A stretch of 32,646 nt of DNA from Candidatus Colwellbacteria bacterium (GCA_027310265.1 DAIDBC010000039.1:1-32646), one strand, 5' to 3'. Positions 6,631 to 15,302 are shown, counted from the stretch's first letter. A program made the numbers and translations. Notes: generated by a model not told the origin, from the letters alone.

Positions 6631-7755
6631 TCATGAAGCCGAGACGATCACGCCGCCGCCAAGCATCTCACCTCGGTCGGAGTAGAACACTGCGGACTGG
6701 CCCGGCGCCACGAACTTCTGCAGCCTATCGAAAACAAGCTCGTTTCCCTTCAGTACTGCCCGCGCAAGCGGCTGACGGTAACGAACGCGGGCCAAAACCG
6801 GCATATCGCCACGGCTGAACTGCCGATTTTTAGGATTTATAAAGTTCAGCCCATCTAGGTTAACTTTTTGCCGGTAAAGTTTGGGGTTATCGCCGCCTTC
6901 CGCCACGGTAATCGTGTTTTTCGTCATATTCTTATCCGCAATGTAGTACGGGATTTGCGTTTTTTTACGGTAATCAGCGCCGGTGTGCCGTTGACCGATG
7001 GTATAAAATTGCGCCCCACGGTGCTCGCCGATTACCTCGCCGTTTACGGTCAAAACCGCGCCCGATTCTTCCGGAATGTATCTGGAAAGAAACTCAGCAA
7101 GCGTCACCTTGCCGACAAAACAAATTCCCTGTGAATCTTTTTTGCCTGCAGTAGGCAGATTAGCGCTTTTCGCAATCCGCCGCACTTCCTCCTTTAAGTA
7201 GCTGCCCAGAGGAAAAAGACAATGTCTTAGCTGTTCCTGCGTAAGTGTCCATAGAAAATAGGATTGGTCTTTATTCTTGTCCTCCGCTTCAAACAGAGTA
7301 AATGGGCCGTGGTACCGGCGAATGCGTACATAGTGGCCAGTTGCAACGTAATCCGCCCCCATTTTCAGCGCGCGATCCAAAAATAATCCGAATTTTATCT
7401 CGCGGTTGCACACAACGTCAGGATTCGGCGTGATGCCGTTCCGATAGCCTTCAATCATGTACTCGACCACCCGCTCACGATACTCTTTTTCCAGGTCAAA
7501 AACGTAGAAAGGGATATCTAAACATTCGGCCACTCGCCTAGCATCTTCCGCCTCGCGTACATCACAGCCCGCTTCGTTCCAGCAGCGCAGATGCACGCCC
7601 GCGACGTTATACCCCTCCTTTTTTAAGAGGTAAGCGGCGACGGACGAATCCACGCCGCCGGACAAGCCCACGAAAACTGTAGGCGTTTTAGGCTTTAGAG
7701 ACGCGCTCAACGTAGACCCCCGTCCCGGTATTAATTTTGATGATATCCCCTTCAT
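6631..7755 (-). CDS. mnmA: tRNA 2-thiouridine(34) synthase MnmA
   Basis: The PP-loop VGLSGGVDSSVAA, GICFVG and the C-terminal beta-barrel region are present. 374 aa. The first 22 codons overlap efp, so the true start may lie further in (for example GTG at V29), but no in-frame ATG is available. Confidence 0.9.
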   Translation of the reverse strand: MKGISSKLIPGRGSTLSASLKPKTPTVFVGLSGGVDSSVAAYLLKKEGYNVAGVHLRCWNEAGCDVREAEDARRVAECLDIPFYVFDLEKEYRERVVEYMIEGYRNGITPNPDVVCNREIKFGLFLDRALKMGADYVATGHYVRIRRYHGPFTLFEAEDKNKDQSYFLWTLTQEQLRHCLFPLGSYLKEEVRRIAKSANLPTAGKKDSQGICFVGKVTLAEFLSRYIPEESGAVLTVNGEVIGEHRGAQFYTIGQRHTGADYRKKTQIPYYIADKNMTKNTITVAEGGDNPKLYRQKVNLDGLNFINPKNRQFSRGDMPVLARVRYRQPLARAVLKGNELVFDRLQKFVAPGQSAVFYSDRGEMLGGGVIVSAS

Positions 7756-8257
7756 TCACAAAGAGAGGCACGGCTATCTTCGCCCCACCCTCAATCGTAA
7801 CTGTTTTGGTGCCGCCCTGCACGGTGTTACCACGTACCGCGGGCTCGGCCTCGGTGACTTTATAATCTGCCTTGATCGGGAGTTCTACCGATATAATCTC
7901 CCCATCCATCGTAACGGCGCTAACGATCATATCGGGCCGCAGATAGACCGCCGACGGGCTTACTTGTGTTCCTTTGACCGCAAAGCGTTTAGAAGGATCC
8001 TTGGGGTCGTTGAACCAACATTCGCCGCGACTGGAATAGATGAATTTTATATACTTGCGTTCAAGGTCTGCTTCTTCAATCCGGTCATTTTGGTGAAAGG
8101 TTTGCTCCTTAACCGCGCCGGTTATCAAGTTGCGCAATTTAGTGCGGCTGACCGGCTTTCTCTGTTGCATGCGCAAGAACTCATATTCCAACACGGCCCA
8201 GGGTTGTCCCTCCAGGAGTATGATATGTCCCGGTCTTAATTCGTTATAGGAGAGCAT
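7688..8257 (-). CDS. efp: Elongation factor P (atypical beta3-beta4 loop)
   Basis: 189 aa, collinear with EF-P: ...G.PWAV.E.EF....(loop)...RTKLRNL.TG...E.TF ... VPLFVNEGD.IKINT..G.YV.R. Confidence 0.9.
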   Translation of the reverse strand: MLSYNELRPGHIILLEGQPWAVLEYEFLRMQQRKPVSRTKLRNLITGAVKEQTFHQNDRIEEADLERKYIKFIYSSRGECWFNDPKDPSKRFAVKGTQVSPSAVYLRPDMIVSAVTMDGEIISVELPIKADYKVTEAEPAVRGNTVQGGTKTVTIEGGAKIAVPLFVNEGDIIKINTGTGVYVERVSKA

Positions 8258-8260
8258 ATT

Positions 8261-9739
8261 TCAGAATCTATCTTCTTCGGCGCCGGAATCCTCTTCCGGA
8301 CTCCCAGATTTATGCAACAGTCTGCGTAATTCTTCAAGATCCGCAGGTTTACGGACCTTGTGGTGTGTTTCATTGTTATCTGATTTCAAAATATCTAGCG
8401 GCTGCTCTACCCGACGTTCAGCCCGCTCGCTAACTTCTTCCCTACCGGCGCGCAGTTCTTCATCAATGCGCTTGTCCACTACTTCACGCGGAGAACCGTA
8501 GCGCTTGCGGCTCGATTCTACAATTACATCTTCAAAGGTCCGTTCCGGTAAATCGTGTGGGGGCAGGGTTTCAGCCGAGAACGGTTGCGAAGCTACTCCA
8601 TCAATAAGTAGTTTTATGTAAATGTGGTACTTAGACAGGTTCACCAGATCGCTCTCGCTGAAAGCCGGCGTAAATTCGCGCTCCAAGAACCGGGCATCGT
8701 CGGCCCCCACCCGGAAGACAACAATAGTACCAACATTTCCGAAAACAGCATCGCGAACCCGGGTAACGGATGAGGTAATGAGTTGGGCGATGTATTGGTG
8801 AGCCAAAACCAGACTTAGGCGATATTTGCGGGCTTCGGATAAAATGTTCGCGAAAGATTCGGTTGAAAAGTTCTGGAACTCATCGATATAAAGATAAAAA
8901 TCGCGCCGCTCAAGCTCCGGGGTGTCAACGCGGCTCATCGCCGCAAGCTGCATTTTAGTTACCAGCATCGCTCCTAGAAGCGCAGAATTATCTTCCCCCA
9001 CCTTGCCCTTGGAAAGATTGGCGATAAATATTTTTCCCTCATCCATGACCTTGCGTAGATCGATGGTTGAGTGCGGCTGGCCGATGATCCGCCGGATTAT
9101 TGGATTGGAAACGAATTGACCGATTTTATTCAAGATTGCCGCAGTGGCTTCAGTTTCATAACGTTGGTTATAACGGGCAAATTCATTTACCCAAAAACTC
9201 TTAACCACCGGATCGGTTAAATTATTTACAACCTCATTGCGATAGGCGCGGTCGGTCAAAAGGCGCATTACCCCCAGAAGCGTCGAGCCGGGGTATTCCA
9301 AAAGCGAAAGGAGAGAATTATTCAGGATGTACTCCATCCGCGGCGACCAGACGTCGGGCCAAATCTTTTTGAACACACCCATCAGACCCGAGGCCACTAA
9401 ATGGTGGTATTCGTCGCCCACACGCTCCAATGGGTTAAAACCAATCGGTTGTTCGATGTCCGCCGGATTGAAATAAACCACGTCTTCGATGCGTTCTTCG
9501 GGCACAAATTTAAGAATCCGTTCGGCAAACTCGCCGTGCGGGTCAATCACGCCGACGCCATGTCCGGACATAATGTCATCCACCACCATATTTTCCATCA
9601 TGGTGGTCTTGCCCGTTCCGGTTTTCCCGATCACATAAACGTGCTGGCGACGATCGCGATCTTTGATGCCGAAAGTAACCTTCCGGTTGTGGGAGGTGGT
9701 GCGCCCAATTATCGTTATACCATCGTCTTTAAACTCCAT
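8261..9739 (-). CDS. Soluble VirD4/TraD/TraG-like (type IV coupling protein-like) P-loop ATPase
   Basis: Walker A is VIGKTGTGKTT. Walker B is FYLYIDEFQNF, followed by ARKYRLSLVLAHQ, typical of the TraG/TraD C-terminal ATPase family. There is no N-terminal TM helix, and the last 70 or so aa form a highly charged acidic tail. Confidence 0.75.
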   Translation of the reverse strand: MEFKDDGITIIGRTTSHNRKVTFGIKDRDRRQHVYVIGKTGTGKTTMMENMVVDDIMSGHGVGVIDPHGEFAERILKFVPEERIEDVVYFNPADIEQPIGFNPLERVGDEYHHLVASGLMGVFKKIWPDVWSPRMEYILNNSLLSLLEYPGSTLLGVMRLLTDRAYRNEVVNNLTDPVVKSFWVNEFARYNQRYETEATAAILNKIGQFVSNPIIRRIIGQPHSTIDLRKVMDEGKIFIANLSKGKVGEDNSALLGAMLVTKMQLAAMSRVDTPELERRDFYLYIDEFQNFSTESFANILSEARKYRLSLVLAHQYIAQLITSSVTRVRDAVFGNVGTIVVFRVGADDARFLEREFTPAFSESDLVNLSKYHIYIKLLIDGVASQPFSAETLPPHDLPERTFEDVIVESSRKRYGSPREVVDKRIDEELRAGREEVSERAERRVEQPLDILKSDNNETHHKVRKPADLEELRRLLHKSGSPEEDSGAEEDRF

Positions 9740-9757
9740 ATTATTAACTATCCACTC

Positions 9758-10999
9758 TTAGTTGCTTATCACCGGCAAGTCCGGCGGTGGACCGCCTTTT
9801 CTCATACTCAAACGCGCCAGTTTTTCTGCGCCGACAGTCGAATGCGGCGGGTGGTATAGGGTCGCAAGTTCTTCGACGTTAAGTACAAACGGCTTCGATG
9901 GCATAACCCGCCCGCGATAATCCTGAAAAAGTTTTTTCTTGTTGGCCAGCTCCGTCGCATCTTTGCGAAACCTGGATTCAAGGAAAGTGAGTTTCGGGTC
10001 GTCCAGTTTAAAACTGTTCAGATGCGGAGCGCCGAACTGACGCAGCGCGCCAACAACCGTGGAGACATTGGACTTGCTAAAGGCGTCGCGCCGGTCGATA
10101 TAGAGCACGCGGATGCCGCATTCGAACGCGAACTTAGCCACCTTCCCCTCAATTGCTTTAATAATTTCGTTCTCGCCGTAGGAAAACTGCTTACCCTGCG
10201 GCTTTTCCTCTTTCTTTTCCTCCGCCCCGGACCAAACCGGCGGCTGGATCGGTGCAAGCGCCAGATTCTTCAAAAAGGGCGCAAGCTCTTTACCCAACCA
10301 TTTGAAGAACGAAAGCTTTTCCTGTTTCGGCTTGCGACCGAGTAGTTCATCTAAAACTTCCTGTACTTCTTTCTTCCAGGCATCGAATTTATCGTTACCA
10401 AGCGGGCGCAAAGTTATTTGCAGCCAGACCATTTCGTCATCTTTCAAGTTGGACATAACTTCGGCGATCGTTGCAATCGGGTCAAGATACTGTTCCTCCT
10501 CGATCCGCAAACCATCAAAAGAGGGGTAGGTACGGATGGGGTATGCGCTTTCTCTAGCCAGCATAAGTTCCGCGCCGGCCAGATCGTAAGTCTGGTCGGG
10601 CAGATCGACGCCGAAACGGTCAACGTAATCATCGGCGACGGCAACCTCGGCGTTCGGATACTGCGAGAATACCGATGCCTCAATCAAATTGCGGTATTCC
10701 TCTGGGACGCGGACAAAAAAGTGGGTGCTATGCGAGAAGCCGGCAATTTCTATCGCAAGCCAATCATCGGCACCAAGCGCATGCAGACTGGCAAAAACCT
10801 GCTCCATAGCTTTCGGCGTCTTCAAATTCTCCTTGGGTATTTTAAGTTCTAGAGTGACCCACTTTAAGTTAGCGACGTGCAGAGCAAGTTTATCTTTTTT
10901 AGCCTTGTTGCTTACAATCCTGAAGATGGCAAAGGCAATCAGTATCACCCACGCCAATCCGAGAACCAGCCACGCTATTTGAAGCAGCGTCTGCGGCAT
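9758..10999 (-). CDS. Membrane-anchored hypothetical protein (single N-terminal TM), genetic partner of the T4CP-like ATPase
   Basis: 413-aa ORF with ATG at 10999 and a TM helix at about aa 8-28 (IAWLVLGLAWVILIAFAIF). I recognise no domain. It sits 18 nt upstream of the ATPase gene and 5 nt downstream of the sigma4-HTH gene. Confidence 0.6.
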   Translation of the reverse strand: MPQTLLQIAWLVLGLAWVILIAFAIFRIVSNKAKKDKLALHVANLKWVTLELKIPKENLKTPKAMEQVFASLHALGADDWLAIEIAGFSHSTHFFVRVPEEYRNLIEASVFSQYPNAEVAVADDYVDRFGVDLPDQTYDLAGAELMLARESAYPIRTYPSFDGLRIEEEQYLDPIATIAEVMSNLKDDEMVWLQITLRPLGNDKFDAWKKEVQEVLDELLGRKPKQEKLSFFKWLGKELAPFLKNLALAPIQPPVWSGAEEKKEEKPQGKQFSYGENEIIKAIEGKVAKFAFECGIRVLYIDRRDAFSKSNVSTVVGALRQFGAPHLNSFKLDDPKLTFLESRFRKDATELANKKKLFQDYRGRVMPSKPFVLNVEELATLYHPPHSTVGAEKLARLSMRKGGPPPDLPVISN

Positions 11000-11004
11000 T
11001 TATT

Positions 11005-11850
11005 TTACTTTTTGGGACGATCTTCTTTAACGGCGTAAGTTCCCCGGCCAATCCAGACGAATCTGGGATCCTTAATAAGTTCATTGTGCACCGTCTGGTG
11101 GTGCACCGGCTTGCCGCCCAAGGCATTTACCAACTCAGCCACCTCGCGGAAGTGCAACGGTTTGTCCGATTTCACCAGCACTAAATAACTTTTGTCCCTG
11201 ACCGTCTTTGGGTTCACATGCGGCCAGTGATCGGCGCCTAAGTCGCCCAACGGTCCCACCACAAAGCGCTTCGAGATCGAAAGATAGTTCAAAAGCAGCG
11301 GCTCCGGCATATTGTACTTCTCAGACAAGGCCTCAAGGAAAAAATCAAAATCTTGGTTGTGACTCGATATGAGTGCGGCGGCGATCTTCTTAGCGGTACG
11401 ATAAGTTTCGCTATCCCCACTCCAGACATCGTGCCAGTCCTCATCGCCCCTAACCAGCTCCGGAGAATCAATTAGGTCGGCAAGAAATCTAAGAGTGTTA
11501 GTGAACTCTTTCAACGACTCCGGCCGTTCCCAAAGATGATATAAATCGTGAACCAAAAAATCGCTGCGTCGCAGATTGCCGACTTGTTTCAAATACTCTC
11601 CCAATAATTCGGCAAAATATTCCAGTCCCCGATCACGTTTTAATTCTTCCTTAGCGGCCTTTACCGCATAAGCCTCAATTTGGCGCACTCGTTCACGGGT
11701 TAGTCCGAAGGAACGTCCGAGATCCGCAAGTGTTTTAGGTTCGCCGCCACCCAGACCGTAGCGGCCCTTAATTATTTTGGCTGAACGCTGATCCAATTTC
11801 TTCAAAGCCCTGTGAACCAACTCATCAACCTTGACTGACTTTCTAGGCAT
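11005..11850 (-). CDS. Sigma-70 region-4-like HTH protein with a C-terminal HARE-HTH-like winged helix
   Basis: RYGLGGGEPKTLADLGRSFGLTRERVRQIEAYAVKAAKEEL matches sigma region 4.2. The C-terminal PLHFREVAELV....GKPV..QTVHNELIKDPRFVWIGRGTYAVK resembles the HARE-HTH / RpoE-delta N-terminal fold. The track start at 11865 is TTG. The ATG at 11850 fits the promoter geometry. Confidence 0.65.
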   Translation of the reverse strand: MPRKSVKVDELVHRALKKLDQRSAKIIKGRYGLGGGEPKTLADLGRSFGLTRERVRQIEAYAVKAAKEELKRDRGLEYFAELLGEYLKQVGNLRRSDFLVHDLYHLWERPESLKEFTNTLRFLADLIDSPELVRGDEDWHDVWSGDSETYRTAKKIAAALISSHNQDFDFFLEALSEKYNMPEPLLLNYLSISKRFVVGPLGDLGADHWPHVNPKTVRDKSYLVLVKSDKPLHFREVAELVNALGGKPVHHQTVHNELIKDPRFVWIGRGTYAVKEDRPKK

Positions 11851-11856
11851 GGCTAA

Positions 11857-11885
11857 AAAGTACAATTTTACAGCGATTATGTCAA
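11857..11885 (-). promoter_or_regulatory. Consensus-like promoter TTGACA-17-TACTTT giving a leaderless sigma4-HTH transcript
   Basis: The minus strand reads TTGACA(11885-11880), a 17-nt spacer TAATCGCTGTAAAATTG, then TACTTT(11862-11857), then TTAGCC and ATG(11850). The 7th nt after the -10 is the A of the ATG. Confidence 0.5.
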
Positions 11886-11915
11886 CGATTTGGGCGATTC
11901 GCCGCAGCGCAGACT

Positions 11916-12821
11916 CTAGGTGCGTTTACGCTCGGAGAATTTCTGCCATACCGTTAAGAGTGGACTGGCAATAAATATGGAGGAGTAGGCACCTACGATC
12001 GTACCGACGAGGATGGTAAGCACAAAGAACTTCAAGCCCAGCGGCCCAAGGAAGTAAAGCGCCAAGAGCACCAAAACCAGGGTGAATGAGGTGCTGATTG
12101 AACGGCGTATCGTCTCGTTGATACTGCGATTTACGATCTCGCTTAAAGTCTCCTTACCGCGGTAGATTATCAAATTCTCCCGGATCCGGTCGAAAACAAC
12201 TATGGTATCGTGGACCGAGAAACCCATTACCACCAAGAGCGCCACCATAAAATTAGTGTCGGCAGCAATCCCCAAGTATTTACCCAAAACGGCGTAGAGA
12301 CCAGCGGGGATTATGACGTCGTGAGCAAGGGTGAGAAGTGTAATTATGCCATATTTCCAGGAACTGACCGGCCGCGAGACTTTACGGAAAGCGAAAGCGA
12401 CGTAAAGCGAGATACCTACCAGGACAAAGACTATTGCCATCACTGCATTTTGTCTTAACTCCTGTGAAACTGACGGGCTTACATTCCAGAAATCGACGTC
12501 TTGCACCCCGTCGCCGAAACGCTGTTTTAGTTCGCCCAAATATTGCTGACGCGACTGATCCGAAATTTCTTTGGAGGTCACGGCATAAATCTGACTTTGT
12601 GAATCGTAAGAAACATTGGAGGTCTCGACGCGTAATGTCGAGGTGAAATAATTGTTTACTGTATTGGCGTCAGTATTTGGTATCTTCAGCTGCCACAATG
12701 AACCGCTGGTAAAATCGATTCCCAGCCGGAAGCCGAAAAGCGCGGTTGCAACAATGCCTGCAACGACCAGAACGCCCGAAACCCAGAAGAATAAATTGCG
12801 GTATTTGATGAAATTAATCAT
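11916..12821 (-). CDS. secF: Protein translocase subunit SecF
   Basis: 301 aa with a 6-TM SecF topology. GIDFTSG and the conserved C-terminal SecD/SecF TM bundle (VHDTIVVFDRIREN) are present, and it lies directly downstream of secD. Confidence 0.9.
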   Translation of the reverse strand: MINFIKYRNLFFWVSGVLVVAGIVATALFGFRLGIDFTSGSLWQLKIPNTDANTVNNYFTSTLRVETSNVSYDSQSQIYAVTSKEISDQSRQQYLGELKQRFGDGVQDVDFWNVSPSVSQELRQNAVMAIVFVLVGISLYVAFAFRKVSRPVSSWKYGIITLLTLAHDVIIPAGLYAVLGKYLGIAADTNFMVALLVVMGFSVHDTIVVFDRIRENLIIYRGKETLSEIVNRSINETIRRSISTSFTLVLVLLALYFLGPLGLKFFVLTILVGTIVGAYSSIFIASPLLTVWQKFSERKRT

Positions 12822-12822
12822 T

Positions 12823-14082
12823 TTATTTCTTGAGAAAAACCTCCAACATTGTGCGGGTGACGAAAATAGCCGAAAACATGCTAACTAATACACCCAAACC
12901 CAGGGTGAGTGCGAAACCTCTCACAAAATCCGAGGTCAGGAAATAAAGTATCGCCGAGGTGATGATTGTGCTCGTGTTCGAATCGCGGATCGAGGGCCAG
13001 GCTCGCCGAAAACCCTCTTCGATTGCGGCATGCCAGCCCAGACCCTTGCGCACTTCTTCTTTAGAACGCTCGAAAATCAAGATGTTGGCGTCGACTGCCA
13101 TTCCGATCGAGAGGATAAAACCGGCAATACCGGAAAGGGTAAGGGTAAATCCTCCGGGCACGGCCATCTTGAATATTCCCAGTGAAAGGATGGTGTAGAT
13201 GATGAGTGCAAGCGACGCAAAAATACCCAGCGTGCCGTAAGAAATCAACATAAAAAGTATCACTAACGCGGTTCCTATCGCTCCGGCGACGAGAATCTTA
13301 TGCAGGGCATCTGTCGCTGCCGAAGCAGAAACGGTCCGCTGATTGATGAGTTTAATCGGTGCGGCAAGCGCCCCGGCGTTGAAACGATCGACTAGTTGCT
13401 TGGCTACATTCGCAGTAATGCCGCTTCCGGAGATCTGCGCTTTGCCGTTCGGAATCACCTCGTTCACCCGCGGGCAGGAGCCATTTGGATCGTCCGGGAA
13501 AATAAAATTATTGTCCACGAAGATACAGATTGGTTTACCGACATTCCGGCTGGTCAGATCTTCAAAGATTTTTGCGCCCTCATCATTCAAAGTGAAAGTG
13601 AAAAGCGGTTTGCCTAGCTGGTCAAAACCAAGGGCGGCATTGGTAACATAGCGGCCGGTAAGCGGAGTGGGAATAAAACTCGCGTTTTGGCCGCTTTGCT
13701 GCACCTCACGGAAATCAAGAATCGGCAGCGCGCCGATCTGACGCACCGCATCGCCCAAATCTTTCACGCCCGCCAGCTCAACAACCAATTGATAACTGTC
13801 GCCCTTTTGGGCGATGTTTACCCGCGGCTCGGAAACGCCGTAAAGATTTACCCTTTTCCCGATTACGTCTTTCAGGCCGGCGACGACCCCTGTGTAATCT
13901 TTAGAATTCACGCCGGACAAATCAACTTGATAGACCAGAGCGCTCCCGCCAACGATGTCCAGACCCATCCTCCATGGGCTGTACTTCGCACCCAGTTTCA
14001 CCGGATAGACAAAAGCGGCCGTAACCGCGGTTACAACCAAAATCAGTATGAAAATCGATAAATTAACTTTCCAACTTTTCAT
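12823..14082 (-). CDS. secD: Protein translocase subunit SecD
   Basis: GLDIVGGSALVYQVD, a periplasmic domain and the C-terminal TM bundle with VDANILIFERSKEE are present. The track start (GTG at 14121) overlaps tRNA-Lys, so I trimmed to the ATG at 14082 (MKSWKVNLSIFILIL). Confidence 0.9.
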   Translation of the reverse strand: MKSWKVNLSIFILILVVTAVTAAFVYPVKLGAKYSPWRMGLDIVGGSALVYQVDLSGVNSKDYTGVVAGLKDVIGKRVNLYGVSEPRVNIAQKGDSYQLVVELAGVKDLGDAVRQIGALPILDFREVQQSGQNASFIPTPLTGRYVTNAALGFDQLGKPLFTFTLNDEGAKIFEDLTSRNVGKPICIFVDNNFIFPDDPNGSCPRVNEVIPNGKAQISGSGITANVAKQLVDRFNAGALAAPIKLINQRTVSASAATDALHKILVAGAIGTALVILFMLISYGTLGIFASLALIIYTILSLGIFKMAVPGGFTLTLSGIAGFILSIGMAVDANILIFERSKEEVRKGLGWHAAIEEGFRRAWPSIRDSNTSTIITSAILYFLTSDFVRGFALTLGLGVLVSMFSAIFVTRTMLEVFLKK

Positions 14083-14112
14083 CAATCGACTGTAAACACT
14101 CAATGCCCAGTG

Positions 14113-14185
14113 TGCCCCCACCAGGATTCGAACCTGGGACCATCTCCTTAAAAGGGAGCTGCTCTACCAGCTGAGCTATAGGGGC
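14113..14185 (-). tRNA. tRNA-Lys (anticodon TTT)
   Basis: GCCCCTATAGCTCAGCTGGTAGAGCAGCTCCCTTTTAAGGAGATGGTCCCAGGTTCGAATCCTGGTGGGGGCA is a 73-nt cloverleaf with anticodon loop CTTTTAA and T loop TTCGAAT. CCA is not encoded. Confidence 0.9.
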
Positions 14186-14231
14186 ATTAATCCTCCGGCC
14201 AGTGAACCAGGTGCTCTTTTCGCGGCGAATC

Positions 14232-15302
14232 TTACTCTTCTCCAAGCAGTTTTTCAAGTTCTTCAGCCAATTTCTTCGCCTTTGAATTGAGGCGGGGCGT
14301 TTTTATTTTCAACCGCACGACCAAATTCGAGCGTTTGGTCATCCCCTCGCCTCGTATCCTCAACTCCTCTGACGGATCAAAACCGGCCGGGATAACGAGC
14401 TCGGCCTTACCACCGCCCAAAACAGTAACAGTTCGTTTCTTGCCCAAAATAATGTCGGTTACCGGAACTTCAATTTCCATATGAAGATCGTCGCCGCGCC
14501 GCTCAAAGCGCGGATGAGGCTTTACGTGTACCCGCACGTAAAGGTCGCCGGTCTCGGCCCTACGCTCTCCGGCCTCGCCCATGCCCTTAACTTTTATGAT
14601 TTGACCATCGGCCACGCCGGAACGGACCTCGACCGCGATTGAACGGCTGCCGTTCTTGCGCCCTTCACCCTTGCAGTCGCGGCACAATTCTACCGGTACC
14701 TCTCCTGATCCGCGGCATTCGTTGCAAGCAACTACTTGCACGAAGTTACCAAAGAAAGTGTTGCGCGACTCGCGGACTTCCCCGCGTCCGCCACAATGCT
14801 CGCACTTCTTCAAACCGGCATCGGCTTTGTAACCCAAACCCTTACAGGTATCGCAGACGATGCGAGTCGTGTATTCCAAGTTGATTGTTTTGCCAAATTT
14901 AGCTTCCTCAAGGGTGACTTCTACTCCCAATTCCAGATCCGTTCCCCGTTCGTAAGTCTTGCGCCGCGGGCGCATGCCCATGCCCTCGAAAAAAGTCTCA
15001 AAAATATCGCCCAGATCACCGAGATTTCCCATATCGCCGAAATTCATGTCCCAACCCCAGTTCTGGCCACCGGCCGCGCCGCCGAAAGGTGCGCCTTCGA
15101 AAGTGCGTCCGAAACGGTCGTATTCCGCACGCTTCCGCGCGTCCGACAAAACTTGATAGGCTTCGTTCACCTCTTTGAATTTGGCTTCATCCCCGCCGGC
15201 TTTATCCGGGTGGTACCTATGCGCCAAATTACGATAGGCCTTTTTTATTTCTTCGGGGCTGGCGCTACGTGCGACTCCCAAAATTTGGTAATAGTCTTTC
15301 AT
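14232..15302 (-). CDS. dnaJ: Molecular chaperone DnaJ
   Basis: It has a J domain (DYYQILGV...HPD), a G/F-rich linker, four CxxCxGxG zinc-finger repeats and the C-terminal substrate-binding domains. 356 aa. Confidence 0.93.
   Translation of the reverse strand: MKDYYQILGVARSASPEEIKKAYRNLAHRYHPDKAGGDEAKFKEVNEAYQVLSDARKRAEYDRFGRTFEGAPFGGAAGGQNWGWDMNFGDMGNLGDLGDIFETFFEGMGMRPRRKTYERGTDLELGVEVTLEEAKFGKTINLEYTTRIVCDTCKGLGYKADAGLKKCEHCGGRGEVRESRNTFFGNFVQVVACNECRGSGEVPVELCRDCKGEGRKNGSRSIAVEVRSGVADGQIIKVKGMGEAGERRAETGDLYVRVHVKPHPRFERRGDDLHMEIEVPVTDIILGKKRTVTVLGGGKAELVIPAGFDPSEELRIRGEGMTKRSNLVVRLKIKTPRLNSKAKKLAEELEKLLGEE

Noticed and set aside
8261-10999. Integrative conjugative element or plasmid remnant
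   Set aside because: There is no integrase, relaxase, VirB4/VirB6, pilin, toxin-antitoxin or flanking direct repeats, and no tRNA-adjacent insertion signature. The genes are packed with 3-18 nt gaps between core housekeeping genes, and the compositional feel does not change.
14063-14257. ORFs lying over tRNA genes (14063..14257 over tRNA-Lys; 22630..22812 over tRNA-Glu; 29707..30015 over the Thr/Tyr tRNAs), and the GTG start of secD at 14121
   Set aside because: Each is explained by a well-folding tRNA on the same strand. Their translations contain the typical tRNA-derived peptides (for example LVEQLPFKEMVPGSNPGG), so they are not genes.
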